Below, piece after piece: positions 7,551 to 14,733 of a DNA stretch of 14,733 nt. A program made the position numbers and the translations under genes. Each line of letters opens with the position of its first letter. Within the stretch, counting starts at the first letter, position 1. The DNA is from an uncultured Deinococcales bacterium (GTDB lineage: Bacteria > Deinococcota > Deinococci > Deinococcales > JAAFIG01). The notes beneath the pieces are model-generated. The model was not told the origin of the DNA. It saw only the letters and a program-made list of their open reading frames with translations, and made no database searches. The stretch lies in the NCBI GenBank assembly GCA_964247135.1, contig CAXTTL010000120.1, forward strand, positions 1-14,733. The letters are read 5' to 3'.

Positions 7551-8745
7551 CCACTTGGAAGACCTGCTCGAGTACAATCACAACCTCGAGGTCATCGATG
7601 CACACGAGCATTTCATCGGCGAACCAGCGCACCTGAAACGTTACCTGAGTTTCTACGACTTTTTCGCCTCGTACCTTCAGTGGGATTTGTACAGCGCCGG
7701 AATGCCCAAAGAACTCCTTTGGAATTACCCCAATGACGAGAACGAGTCGGTGAGTCACTTTAGCCAGATCGAACCGTACTGGCAATACGTCAAGCACGGT
7801 TCGTATGCCCGACCGATTCGCTTGGCGCTCAAGCATTTTTACGGACTCGAGGACTTGAACGCCGAAACGGTTCTGACCCTGGGACGGACAATGAACGCCA
7901 ACAATCAACCCGGGCGGTTTGATACGGTCTTCGACGAGGCAAAGATCAGGTTCATCCTCAACCAATCCCCAGACCATCCGTTTGACGATCCGCGCTTTAT
8001 TTACGGCATACCGATTGAATACCACACGGAAGAAAGTGTTGGGGCGTTGCTCAGTGCCAATCCCAATTTCCAACCCGAGGATTTGGTGGCAAGGCTCGAG
8101 CAGGGCATGTCCACGGCGGTCGGACTTGGGGCGCGTTCAGCCAAGGTGTTTTCGGTCTTTCTGATGCAAACCCCGAACCGCGACCGGGCGGCACAAGTGC
8201 TCGAGCATCTGCGCCGAGGAGAGGCGGTTGACCTCGCGCCGTTGCAGCATTATCTGTCCGACCAAACCATCGCCGCCTGCGGACGGTACGGGTTGGTCGC
8301 CACAGTCCATACGGGCGTCTGGACGGACCTGAACAAGCAAACGCCGATGCTGATCTTTCCGGTGGTCGAGCGACACCCAGATGTGATTTTCGATGTGTAC
8401 CACATGGGAATGCCGTTCGTGCGCGAGTGTGCCTTTCTGGGCAAGAGTTACCCGAACGTTCATTTGAACCTCTGCTGGAGCCACGCGGTCAGCGAGAGCA
8501 TGACCTTGCACGCGCTGGGCGAATGGCTCGATCTGGTGCCGGTCAACAAGATCAGCGGCTTCGGCGGCGACCTGATCACGCTGCCCGAGCACGTTTGGGG
8601 TCAGCTCCAGGTCGCCAAGGAAAACATCGCTCGGGCGCTGGCGCAGCGAATCGCTCGAGATCGTTTGGACCTCGAGGATGCCAAGCAGATCATGCGCTTG
8701 TGGTTGTTTGACAATCCGGCGCGGTTGTATAGGCTGCCGGTATAA
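7543..8745 (+). CDS. Metal-dependent amidohydrolase-superfamily protein (amidohydrolase_2 / uronate-isomerase-like), about 400 aa
   Basis: Motifs IDAHEH, VHTG, YHMG, YPNVHLN, FGGD and DNPARLY are present. ATG 7543 has a GGAG RBS and overlaps the upstream stop by 8 nt (ATGACTAA). Confidence 0.88.
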   Translation: MTNHLEDLLEYNHNLEVIDAHEHFIGEPAHLKRYLSFYDFFASYLQWDLYSAGMPKELLWNYPNDENESVSHFSQIEPYWQYVKHGSYARPIRLALKHFYGLEDLNAETVLTLGRTMNANNQPGRFDTVFDEAKIRFILNQSPDHPFDDPRFIYGIPIEYHTEESVGALLSANPNFQPEDLVARLEQGMSTAVGLGARSAKVFSVFLMQTPNRDRAAQVLEHLRRGEAVDLAPLQHYLSDQTIAACGRYGLVATVHTGVWTDLNKQTPMLIFPVVERHPDVIFDVYHMGMPFVRECAFLGKSYPNVHLNLCWSHAVSESMTLHALGEWLDLVPVNKISGFGGDLITLPEHVWGQLQVAKENIARALAQRIARDRLDLEDAKQIMRLWLFDNPARLYRLPV

Positions 8746-8951
8746 ACGCGCCATCAAAGCGAGGCACAGAGGTTTTTCAAGAGATCCGTCAGCCGCCGCG
8801 CCCAGATCGAGGGACTGGTTTACCCTCACTGTTATGCGCTCGAGTCACCGCGTTTGATCGCGCCCAGTACGGCTATGATGTCGCCACCTTAAAATCAGTT
8901 AGACTTCTGAGCATCAAGCTCAACTCGAGATTTCATTCGGAGGGATCACCA

Positions 8952-10592
8952 ATGTCTTATTCAATGCCAAAGCTGCCTCAAGAACCAGCACTCGAGCCTG
9001 GAACAGTGTACTTGATCGCCAGCGGAGATTCGCGTGACGCCGCCAACAAAACCTGCTGGGCGGCGCAACGCGAGATGGAACATAAACTCGAGGTGGCACT
9101 AAAAAACCTGGGTTGGAAACTCAAACGCGCCCACGAATACGACCCCGTTCTCGAACACGGTTTTATCTGGAATCAACGCCTGGGCATGGATATCTTCGCT
9201 AGAATCCCCAAAAACGCGCCGTTGATCGTCGCCGAAGCGGTCTGGCAATTCAGCCATCATGTGCTGGCGGGTTTGCGCGATCATCAGGGCAGCATTTTGA
9301 CCATTGCGAATTGGAGCGGACAATGGCCCGGCTTGGTTGGACTGCTCAACCTCGGCGGCGGTTTGACCAAAATGGGCGTGCCATTCTCGAGCCTGTGGTC
9401 CAAAGACTTTGACGACGATTTTTTCATGGCTGGTTTGACGCAGTTTCTAGGGACTGGAACGGTGCAGCACGACTTGTCACACGTGCGCAGACTCGAGGTT
9501 GTAAAGCTACCTCAGCCCGAACGTGACCTTGGAACGGCGTTGGCGCAACAACTCAAACGCGAGAAAGCCATCATTGGGGTCTTTGACGAGGGCTGCATGG
9601 GCATGTACAACGCCATCATCGACGATGAAATGCTGAACCCCTGCGGCATTTACAAGGAACGCCTGAGCCAATCGGCATTGGTTGCCGAAATGCAAACCGT
9701 CAGCGATCTCGAGGCGCAGGCAGCGAGGGATTGGCTCAACGCGCAAGGCATGAAATTCAACACGGGAACAAATCCAGAAACCGAACTGACCGATGCGCAA
9801 ATCCTCGAGCAACTGAAAATGTACATCGCCGCCGTGCGAATTGCCCACGACTTTTCGTGCGACGCGATAGGAATTCAATATCAACTGGGTTTAAAAGACA
9901 TGACGCCCGCCTCGGATTTGGTTGAGGGATTGCTGAACAACGTCATTCGTCCACCCTTGAAATCTCGAGACGGTGCGCTCGAGTTATACGCAGGACTTGC
10001 ACTGCCGCACTTTAATGAAGTCGATGAGGGCGCGGCGGTCGATGCGCTCGTGACGAACCGTATTTGGACGGCGATGGGTTTTGACCCCGCGACCACATTG
10101 CATGACGTCCGCTGGGGCGAAGAATTTAATGGGCAGTACGTTTGGGTGTTCCTGATTTCTGGCGCCGCGCCACCATCGCATTTTATTGGCGGTTATTCAG
10201 GAGCCTCGAGCGACCGTCAACCCGCCATGTACTTTCGTTTGGGCGGCGGTACTTTAAAGGGCGTTTCTAAACCTGGCGAACTCGTCTGGTCGAGGATTTT
10301 TGTCATGGATGGCGGCTTACACTGCGACATCGGTCGTGCCAGTGTGGTCGAATTGCCCGAAGCCGAAACAAGGCGCCGTTGGCAACTGACCACCCCAGAG
10401 TGGCCCATCATGCACGCCGTGCTTCACGGGGTCACTCGGGATCAATTGATGGCACGCCACAAAGCCAACCACATTCAGGTGGTGTACTGTCCGACCGAAG
10501 CAGATGCGGATAAAGCCTTGGCTGCCAAAGCGGCGATGCTCGAGGAGATGGGAATTGTGGTGCATGTGTGCGGGACGGTGAACGTTGGGTAG
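8952..10592 (+). CDS. L-fucose/D-arabinose isomerase-like protein (FucI/AraA fold)
   Basis: ANWSGQWPGLVGLLN, GCMGM and DAIGIQYQ are present. The putative Mn-ligand motifs FNEVD, LHDVRWG and KANH correspond to FucI TEND, FADVR and GANH. GGAGG RBS at 8939-8943. Confidence 0.85.
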   Translation: MSYSMPKLPQEPALEPGTVYLIASGDSRDAANKTCWAAQREMEHKLEVALKNLGWKLKRAHEYDPVLEHGFIWNQRLGMDIFARIPKNAPLIVAEAVWQFSHHVLAGLRDHQGSILTIANWSGQWPGLVGLLNLGGGLTKMGVPFSSLWSKDFDDDFFMAGLTQFLGTGTVQHDLSHVRRLEVVKLPQPERDLGTALAQQLKREKAIIGVFDEGCMGMYNAIIDDEMLNPCGIYKERLSQSALVAEMQTVSDLEAQAARDWLNAQGMKFNTGTNPETELTDAQILEQLKMYIAAVRIAHDFSCDAIGIQYQLGLKDMTPASDLVEGLLNNVIRPPLKSRDGALELYAGLALPHFNEVDEGAAVDALVTNRIWTAMGFDPATTLHDVRWGEEFNGQYVWVFLISGAAPPSHFIGGYSGASSDRQPAMYFRLGGGTLKGVSKPGELVWSRIFVMDGGLHCDIGRASVVELPEAETRRRWQLTTPEWPIMHAVLHGVTRDQLMARHKANHIQVVYCPTEADADKALAAKAAMLEEMGIVVHVCGTVNVG

Positions 10593-10621
10593 AGGTGACT
10601 CAAAATCGAACGAGGTCGTTC

Positions 10622-10860
10622 ATGGATTTGAATCCATCAAATGAATTGTATTTTGTGAATTGGGATGATTATGGCAAACGACATGTTGTTTACAGAATTC
10701 GAGTCGAGCAGGAACGCATTTATCCGAATTTTGGCGTGACGGAATTTGGTTTCAAGATCAGGACGTTTACCGCAATTATGTAAATGGTTTTGATCCCAGT
10801 GTTCAACGAATCAACAAAATTCAAGCACTCAAGATGATTGCAGAACTCGGGTCAACTTAA
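10622..10860 (+). pseudogene. Small (~79 aa) hypothetical gene split by an apparent single-base frameshift
   Basis: ATG 10622 with a GAGG RBS gives MDLNPSNELYFVNWDDYGKRHVVYRIRVEQERIY. The -1 frame continues SEFWRDGIWFQDQDVYRNYVNGFDPSVQRINKIQALKMIAELGST to TAA at 10858-10860 and has no upstream start of its own. Confidence 0.5.
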
Positions 10861-10880
10861 AACCCAATGCCTCGAGAATC

Positions 10881-10889
10881 TGATAGACT
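10881..10889 (+). promoter_or_regulatory. Extended -10 promoter (TG-A-TAGACT) of nurA-herA
   Basis: TGATAGACT lies about 40 nt upstream of the nurA GTG. Confidence 0.65.
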
Positions 10890-10892
10890 TCG

Positions 10893-10909
10893 TTACGCAT
10901 GAAACGTAA
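10893..10909. promoter_or_regulatory. 17-bp palindromic operator matching the Deinococcus radiation/desiccation response motif (RDRM, DdrO site)
   Basis: TTACG-CATGAAA-CGTAA has perfect 5-bp arms and a 7-bp spacer, fitting TT(A/C)(C/T)G-N7-C(A/G)(G/T)AA as recalled. It overlaps the predicted transcription start of DNA-repair genes. Confidence 0.72.
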
Positions 10910-10930
10910 AAAACCCTCAAGGGTCGCACA

Positions 10931-11983
10931 GTGAAACTCTCGCTCGAGCCTTGGATGCCCGAGTACGACACCAGCTTGCAAGAACAACCTGGGCTGACGC
11001 CATCACGTCCCGACGATGTGAATTTGTTCGTCGAAGGACTTGAGGCTTGGAATCCTGTTCAACCCGTGGCGGCTCGGGCGGCAGAGGTGGATTTTAAGCG
11101 GCTTTATTTTATCGATGGACGCCGACGAATCGAAGCCAAAGTCTACGGCGAGACGCTGGTTGACAATGAACCGCAAAGTGCGCCAGGCTTGCTTGGCACG
11201 TTCGCGGTTGGCTTGGTCGAGTCTTTTATGACCAATTCGCCAGCCAAGATCATCAGGGCAGAAATCTCGAGGGTTTTGGTTCTAAACCATCCCGATGGCG
11301 AGAATTTAATCATCAAAACCAGGGGTCATGAATACGGCGAATTAAAATACAACTTCGTGCAAATGAACGAGACCATCAACACCGACACCGCCCTGACCAC
11401 CCGTCTGCAATATTTAATGCGCAACGCCGAAGACGAACTCTCCTCGAGCCTCGAGCTTCAGGGTGCGCTTCTGATTCTCGACGGTCCACTTCAACGCCGC
11501 GCCCCAGACCGGGCGCTCGGTTACGTCAAAACCATTCACAACTTTTACGTGCCGCCACTCGAGCAACGCACCATCAGGCAACTTCAACGCGGTCAACGCA
11601 GCCCAATTTTTTCGATCAAAAGCGGACTCGAGCGTTACAGTTGGTACTTGCGCCTCGACGATACGCCCGATTATTACCAGCCGTTTGCGGGCATCGTCAG
11701 GCTCGAGGTCAGAAACGAACTCGGGCTGGCTTGGGCGCAAAAAATTGCAGACTGGACTTGCATCATGCTGCCCAAGTACGCCGCCAAAGGTTTCCGTGAC
11801 CCTCGGGCGCCGCAGCAACTGATGCCAATCGCCTTTCTCGAGGGTGAGCTTGGGCGGCGCATGGGTGATCTGGCAATCATTCGCCGCCGCATTCAAGCCT
11901 ATTTGCGCCAGGAACGAATTCGGCAAGAACCGCTCGGTTTTGTAAATGATGCAAAAATTGAAATTGATCGGGATTTTAATTAA
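10931..11983 (+). CDS. nurA: DNA double-strand break repair nuclease NurA
   Basis: Motifs FIDGRRRIEA, LMRNAE, LILDGPL, GYVKT, QRSPIF, RYSWYLRL, GIVRLE and DPRAPQQL.PI.FLE.ELGRRMG are present, and the gene is directly upstream of herA. Confidence 0.92.
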   Translation: MKLSLEPWMPEYDTSLQEQPGLTPSRPDDVNLFVEGLEAWNPVQPVAARAAEVDFKRLYFIDGRRRIEAKVYGETLVDNEPQSAPGLLGTFAVGLVESFMTNSPAKIIRAEISRVLVLNHPDGENLIIKTRGHEYGELKYNFVQMNETINTDTALTTRLQYLMRNAEDELSSSLELQGALLILDGPLQRRAPDRALGYVKTIHNFYVPPLEQRTIRQLQRGQRSPIFSIKSGLERYSWYLRLDDTPDYYQPFAGIVRLEVRNELGLAWAQKIADWTCIMLPKYAAKGFRDPRAPQQLMPIAFLEGELGRRMGDLAIIRRRIQAYLRQERIRQEPLGFVNDAKIEIDRDFN

Positions 11984-11984
11984 T

Positions 11985-12028
11985 ACTCGAGATTTGACCT
12001 TCGGCGTGATTAGAACAGAATCTCGAGT
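11985..12028. repeat. 10-bp inverted repeat built on two CTCGAG sites in the nurA-herA spacer
   Basis: ACTCGAGATT (11985-11994) and AATCTCGAGT (12019-12028) are separated by 24 nt. Confidence 0.6.
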
Positions 12029-12068
12029 CAAAAAAATTCAAAAACACGTTTAGAAAGACGAAAAAACC

Positions 12069-13871
12069 ATGACCGAAAAAATTGAACCCGTAGGAATCGT
12101 TTTGGGCACACGCGACGCCGCGCCGCTCGAGTTTTGGGTCGGCGTCAACGACGGGCAAATGCTGCAACTCGACGATATTGTGGTCATGAAAACCAAAAAG
12201 CCACTGACAGGCTCGAGTGACTTTATCAACTTTTACGGCGTGGTGGACAGCGTGCGCAAGCTTCACGAGGGCGTGCAATTTGATTCGGACACCAAACTGG
12301 CGCTCGAGGGGACGATTCCGGTCAACGTCTCTTACGCCGCGCACGTGATTGTCACGCGGGTTGACCCCGAAGAATTTATTCCACCGCACCCGGGCGACGA
12401 GGTGTATCACGCGCTGGGAATAGACCTCGAGATGGCGCTTTACCGTGACCGCATGGAAACCACGCTGCCGGCTGGGGTGCTGCGAAACGGTCAACCAGCC
12501 ATGCTCAACTTTGCGTTTTTGAACGGCGAGAATGGGGCGCACGTCAACATTTCTGGTGTCTCGGGTGTGGCGACCAAAACCAGTTACGCGCTGTTTTTGC
12601 TGTACAGCCTGTTCAACTCCGAAGCCCTCGGACTCGAGCGAGCCAATTCCAAAGCCCTGATTTTTAACGTCAAAGGGCAAGATTTGATGTTTCTCGATCA
12701 AGTCAACTCGAGATTCGCCGAAAAAGAGGGCAAAATCAGTACAGCTCGAGGGATCAAAACAGACCGTTATACGGCTTGCGGTTTGCCGATCATGCCGTTT
12801 CAGGACGTGCAGTTTCTCGCGCCGCCAGCCCCAGGTGAAGGTCGAACCATCACGCACAGCATCACGCAACGCAGCACGGGCGTCACGCCGTACCTTTGGA
12901 CGATACGGCAGTTTGCCGTCGAGCGCCTACTGCCGTACTGCTTTGCAGACCGTGACGCCAGCCTCAACTTGGGGTTTTTGATCGGGCAAATTGAGGACAA
13001 ACTCTTCAAACTCGGTGACTCGAGCGGCAATTACCCGTACTTGCTGGTCGACGATTTTGCCCCAGGCGACGATGCGACCGACTTGGGCATCGAATTCAAC
13101 ACGCTGGGCAAAGCCAAACTCGAGACGTTCGGGCAGTTGATTGCCTACCTCGAGTTTAAATTGATTGACCAAAACGACGGCGAGGGCGATCCGAAATGGG
13201 TTGGGCGGCAACCCGTCGGCACACGTCAAGCGTTTATTCGCCGTTTACGCGGCGTGGTCAAGCACCTCAACCCCTTGATTCGCGGCGATCTGGATGCTGG
13301 GCAGGCAGACCGTTACCGCGCCGATGTCATGCGTTCGCAACTGACGGTGGTGGACATTCACAGCCTTCACGCGCACGCGCAAATGTTTGTGGTCGGCGTG
13401 ATGCTCAAGCAACTGTTTGAAGAAAAAGAGCGCAAAGGGCAGAAACCGTATGTGTTCGTGGTGCTTGATGAGCTAAACAAATACGCCCCCAGGGAAGGGG
13501 AGAGTCCGATCAAAGATGTGCTTCTCGACATTGCCGAACGTGGGCGCAGCCTCGGGATTATTTTGATCGGAGCGCAACAAACCGCCTCCGAAGTCGAACG
13601 TCGCGTGGTCGCCAACGCCAGCATTCGCGTGGTTGGACGGCTCGACCCTGCCGAAGCCGAGCGCCCCGAATACCGTTTCTTACCAGGCGCATTTAGACTT
13701 CGCGCGAGCATCTTGCAACCAGGCACGATGATCGTGCAGCAACCCGAAGTGCCCAGTCCTGTCATGATCACGTTTCCGTTTCCAGCTTGGGCGACCCGTA
13801 AAGATGAGGTTTTAAAGGGAAGCTCGAGTTTTGAGGATGTGGTGAAAGAAGCCGAGGATTGGTTGACATAG
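12069..13871 (+). CDS. herA: HerA-family ATPase/helicase (HAS barrel plus FtsK/HerA ATPase)
   Basis: N-terminal HAS-barrel-like region (VGIVLGT...PLEFWV), variant Walker [24 protein letters not shown], Walker [12 protein letters not shown], and [15 protein letters not shown] are present. Confidence 0.94.
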   Translation: MTEKIEPVGIVLGTRDAAPLEFWVGVNDGQMLQLDDIVVMKTKKPLTGSSDFINFYGVVDSVRKLHEGVQFDSDTKLALEGTIPVNVSYAAHVIVTRVDPEEFIPPHPGDEVYHALGIDLEMALYRDRMETTLPAGVLRNGQPAMLNFAFLNGENGAHVNISGVSGVATKTSYALFLLYSLFNSEALGLERANSKALIFNVKGQDLMFLDQVNSRFAEKEGKISTARGIKTDRYTACGLPIMPFQDVQFLAPPAPGEGRTITHSITQRSTGVTPYLWTIRQFAVERLLPYCFADRDASLNLGFLIGQIEDKLFKLGDSSGNYPYLLVDDFAPGDDATDLGIEFNTLGKAKLETFGQLIAYLEFKLIDQNDGEGDPKWVGRQPVGTRQAFIRRLRGVVKHLNPLIRGDLDAGQADRYRADVMRSQLTVVDIHSLHAHAQMFVVGVMLKQLFEEKERKGQKPYVFVVLDELNKYAPREGESPIKDVLLDIAERGRSLGIILIGAQQTASEVERRVVANASIRVVGRLDPAEAERPEYRFLPGAFRLRASILQPGTMIVQQPEVPSPVMITFPFPAWATRKDEVLKGSSSFEDVVKEAEDWLT

Positions 13872-13887
13872 TATATTAGGAGATTGA

Positions 13888-14703
13888 ATGACTAAAGACG
13901 ATTGGAAAGCATTGTTGGATTCGCCATTTGAACAAGAAATTCGTCGAATGCATAAACTTATATTTTATTCACGAGATGCAGTACCTCTTGTTTTTAACCT
14001 TATAATTGAAAGTAACAATAGTAACATTAATGAACTTGATTCAATGGTTGAAGAAAATTTTGTTAAACGAATTAAAAACGAAGAAGATCATAATCTTTAT
14101 CAAATTACTGACCAAAGTAAACGTATGAGTTTTAATAACCTTGCATCAAGTATTGAAATTCATAATCACGCACTTAAAACAATCCCAAGAAGCCTTTTTA
14201 TCACTTTAATTAGTGATTTTGATGTTTTTATTAGTAATTTAATTAAAATCATATTTTCTTCAAATCCCGGAGTATTAAATTCAAGAGACACTGCAATTCA
14301 GTATTCTGATTTAATTACTTTTGAAACTATGGAAGACGCTAAAAAATATATTATTGAAAAGCAGATTGATAATATACTAAGAGAAAATCATAAAAAACAA
14401 CTTGAATATCTCGAAAAAATAATCAACTGTAAAATTATTGAAAATATCCCATTTTGGAGCGAATTTATTGAAATTACTGAAAGAAGAAATCTATTGGTAC
14501 ACACTGATGGCTTTGTAAGTTCGCAATACAGAAAAAATTGTCTAGAAAATGGATTTAAAGATAATGAAATTCCCGAACTAAACTCACAAATAGATATTGA
14601 TTTAGACTATTTTGAAAAATCATGTAATATATTGTTTAAAATGGTGGTGTATGTTACACATATTACATGGAAGCAATTATTTAAAAAACAGACTACTTAT
14701 TAG
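13888..14703 (+). CDS. AT-rich hypothetical protein with a HEPN-type Rx4H motif (putative RNase)
   Basis: AGGAG RBS and a 16-nt gap after herA. The protein appears helical, with FITLISDFDVFISNL and E-RRNLLVH-TDG (RNLLVH at 14485-14502). GC is much lower than in the neighbouring genes and there is no CTCGAG. Confidence 0.7.
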   Translation: MTKDDWKALLDSPFEQEIRRMHKLIFYSRDAVPLVFNLIIESNNSNINELDSMVEENFVKRIKNEEDHNLYQITDQSKRMSFNNLASSIEIHNHALKTIPRSLFITLISDFDVFISNLIKIIFSSNPGVLNSRDTAIQYSDLITFETMEDAKKYIIEKQIDNILRENHKKQLEYLEKIINCKIIENIPFWSEFIEITERRNLLVHTDGFVSSQYRKNCLENGFKDNEIPELNSQIDIDLDYFEKSCNILFKMVVYVTHITWKQLFKKQTTY

Positions 14704-14717
14704 TCTGTTTTTTAAAT
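14679..14717. terminator. Bidirectional intrinsic terminator-like hairpin (17-bp perfect inverted repeat) overlapping the stop codon
   Basis: ATTTAAAAAACAGACTA-CTTAT-TAGTCTGTTTTTTAAAT, with A6 and T6 tracts on either side of the core stem. Confidence 0.75.
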
Positions 14718-14733
14718 TTCTTTACAAAAAGTC

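Larger units (their letters stand above)
913..13828. repeat. Dispersed highly iterated palindrome CTCGAG (about 85 copies)
   Basis: Hand count gives about 85 copies, first at 913 and last at 13823, against about 4 expected for a random hexamer. They occur in coding and intergenic DNA. Confidence 0.95.

Noticed and set aside
5621-8829. Long antisense or alternate-frame ORFs (5621..6286, 6645..7577, 7408..8073, 8137..8829)
   Set aside because: They show no recognisable motifs and are expected shadows of GC-rich genes with clear family signatures.
11414-13771. Antisense ORFs over nurA and herA (11414..12031, 11976..12869, 13367..13771)
   Set aside because: They are shadow frames opposite well-supported genes.
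913-13828. CTCGAG recurrences as a CRISPR array, tandem repeat or XhoI cloning scars
   Set aside because: Spacing is irregular, the flanks are not conserved, and the sites lie in frame within intact conserved genes.
10931-13871. nurA-herA as a Sir2-HerA or DUF4297-HerA type anti-phage system
   Set aside because: The motifs match the housekeeping Deinococcus/Thermus repair pair. Both genes have host-like composition with abundant CTCGAG, and no Sir2 or DUF4297 partner is present.
1-14733. tRNA or rRNA genes, transposases, integrases
   Set aside because: None was recognisable by eye. A covariance-model search was not possible.

Overview
This is a bacterial chromosomal segment, most likely from a Deinococcota (Deinococcales-like) organism. 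The basis is the Deinococcus/Thermus-type nurA-herA pair, leaderless TANNNT-start architecture and an RDRM-like palindrome. Left to right it holds: a Thr-rich lipoprotein gene running off the left edge (minus strand, missed by the ORF track); rimM, khpA and rpsP with no trmD after rimM; nnr; an AraC regulator divergent from a putative catabolic cluster (degenerate SGNH-like protein, PhyH dioxygenase, carbon-nitrogen hydrolase, amidohydrolase, L-fucose-isomerase-like protein); a small frameshifted gene; nurA-herA; and an AT-rich HEPN-motif gene ending in a 17-bp perfect hairpin. Three signals stand out. (1) The palindrome CTCGAG occurs about 85 times by hand count against about 4 expected, in all reading frames and between genes, but is absent from the AT-rich terminal genes. 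(2) A 17-bp RDRM/DdrO-type operator lies over the nurA promoter, which could place nurA, herA and the HEPN gene under radiation/desiccation control. (3) The AraC-linked cluster of unknown function begins with an apparently catalytically dead SGNH protein.
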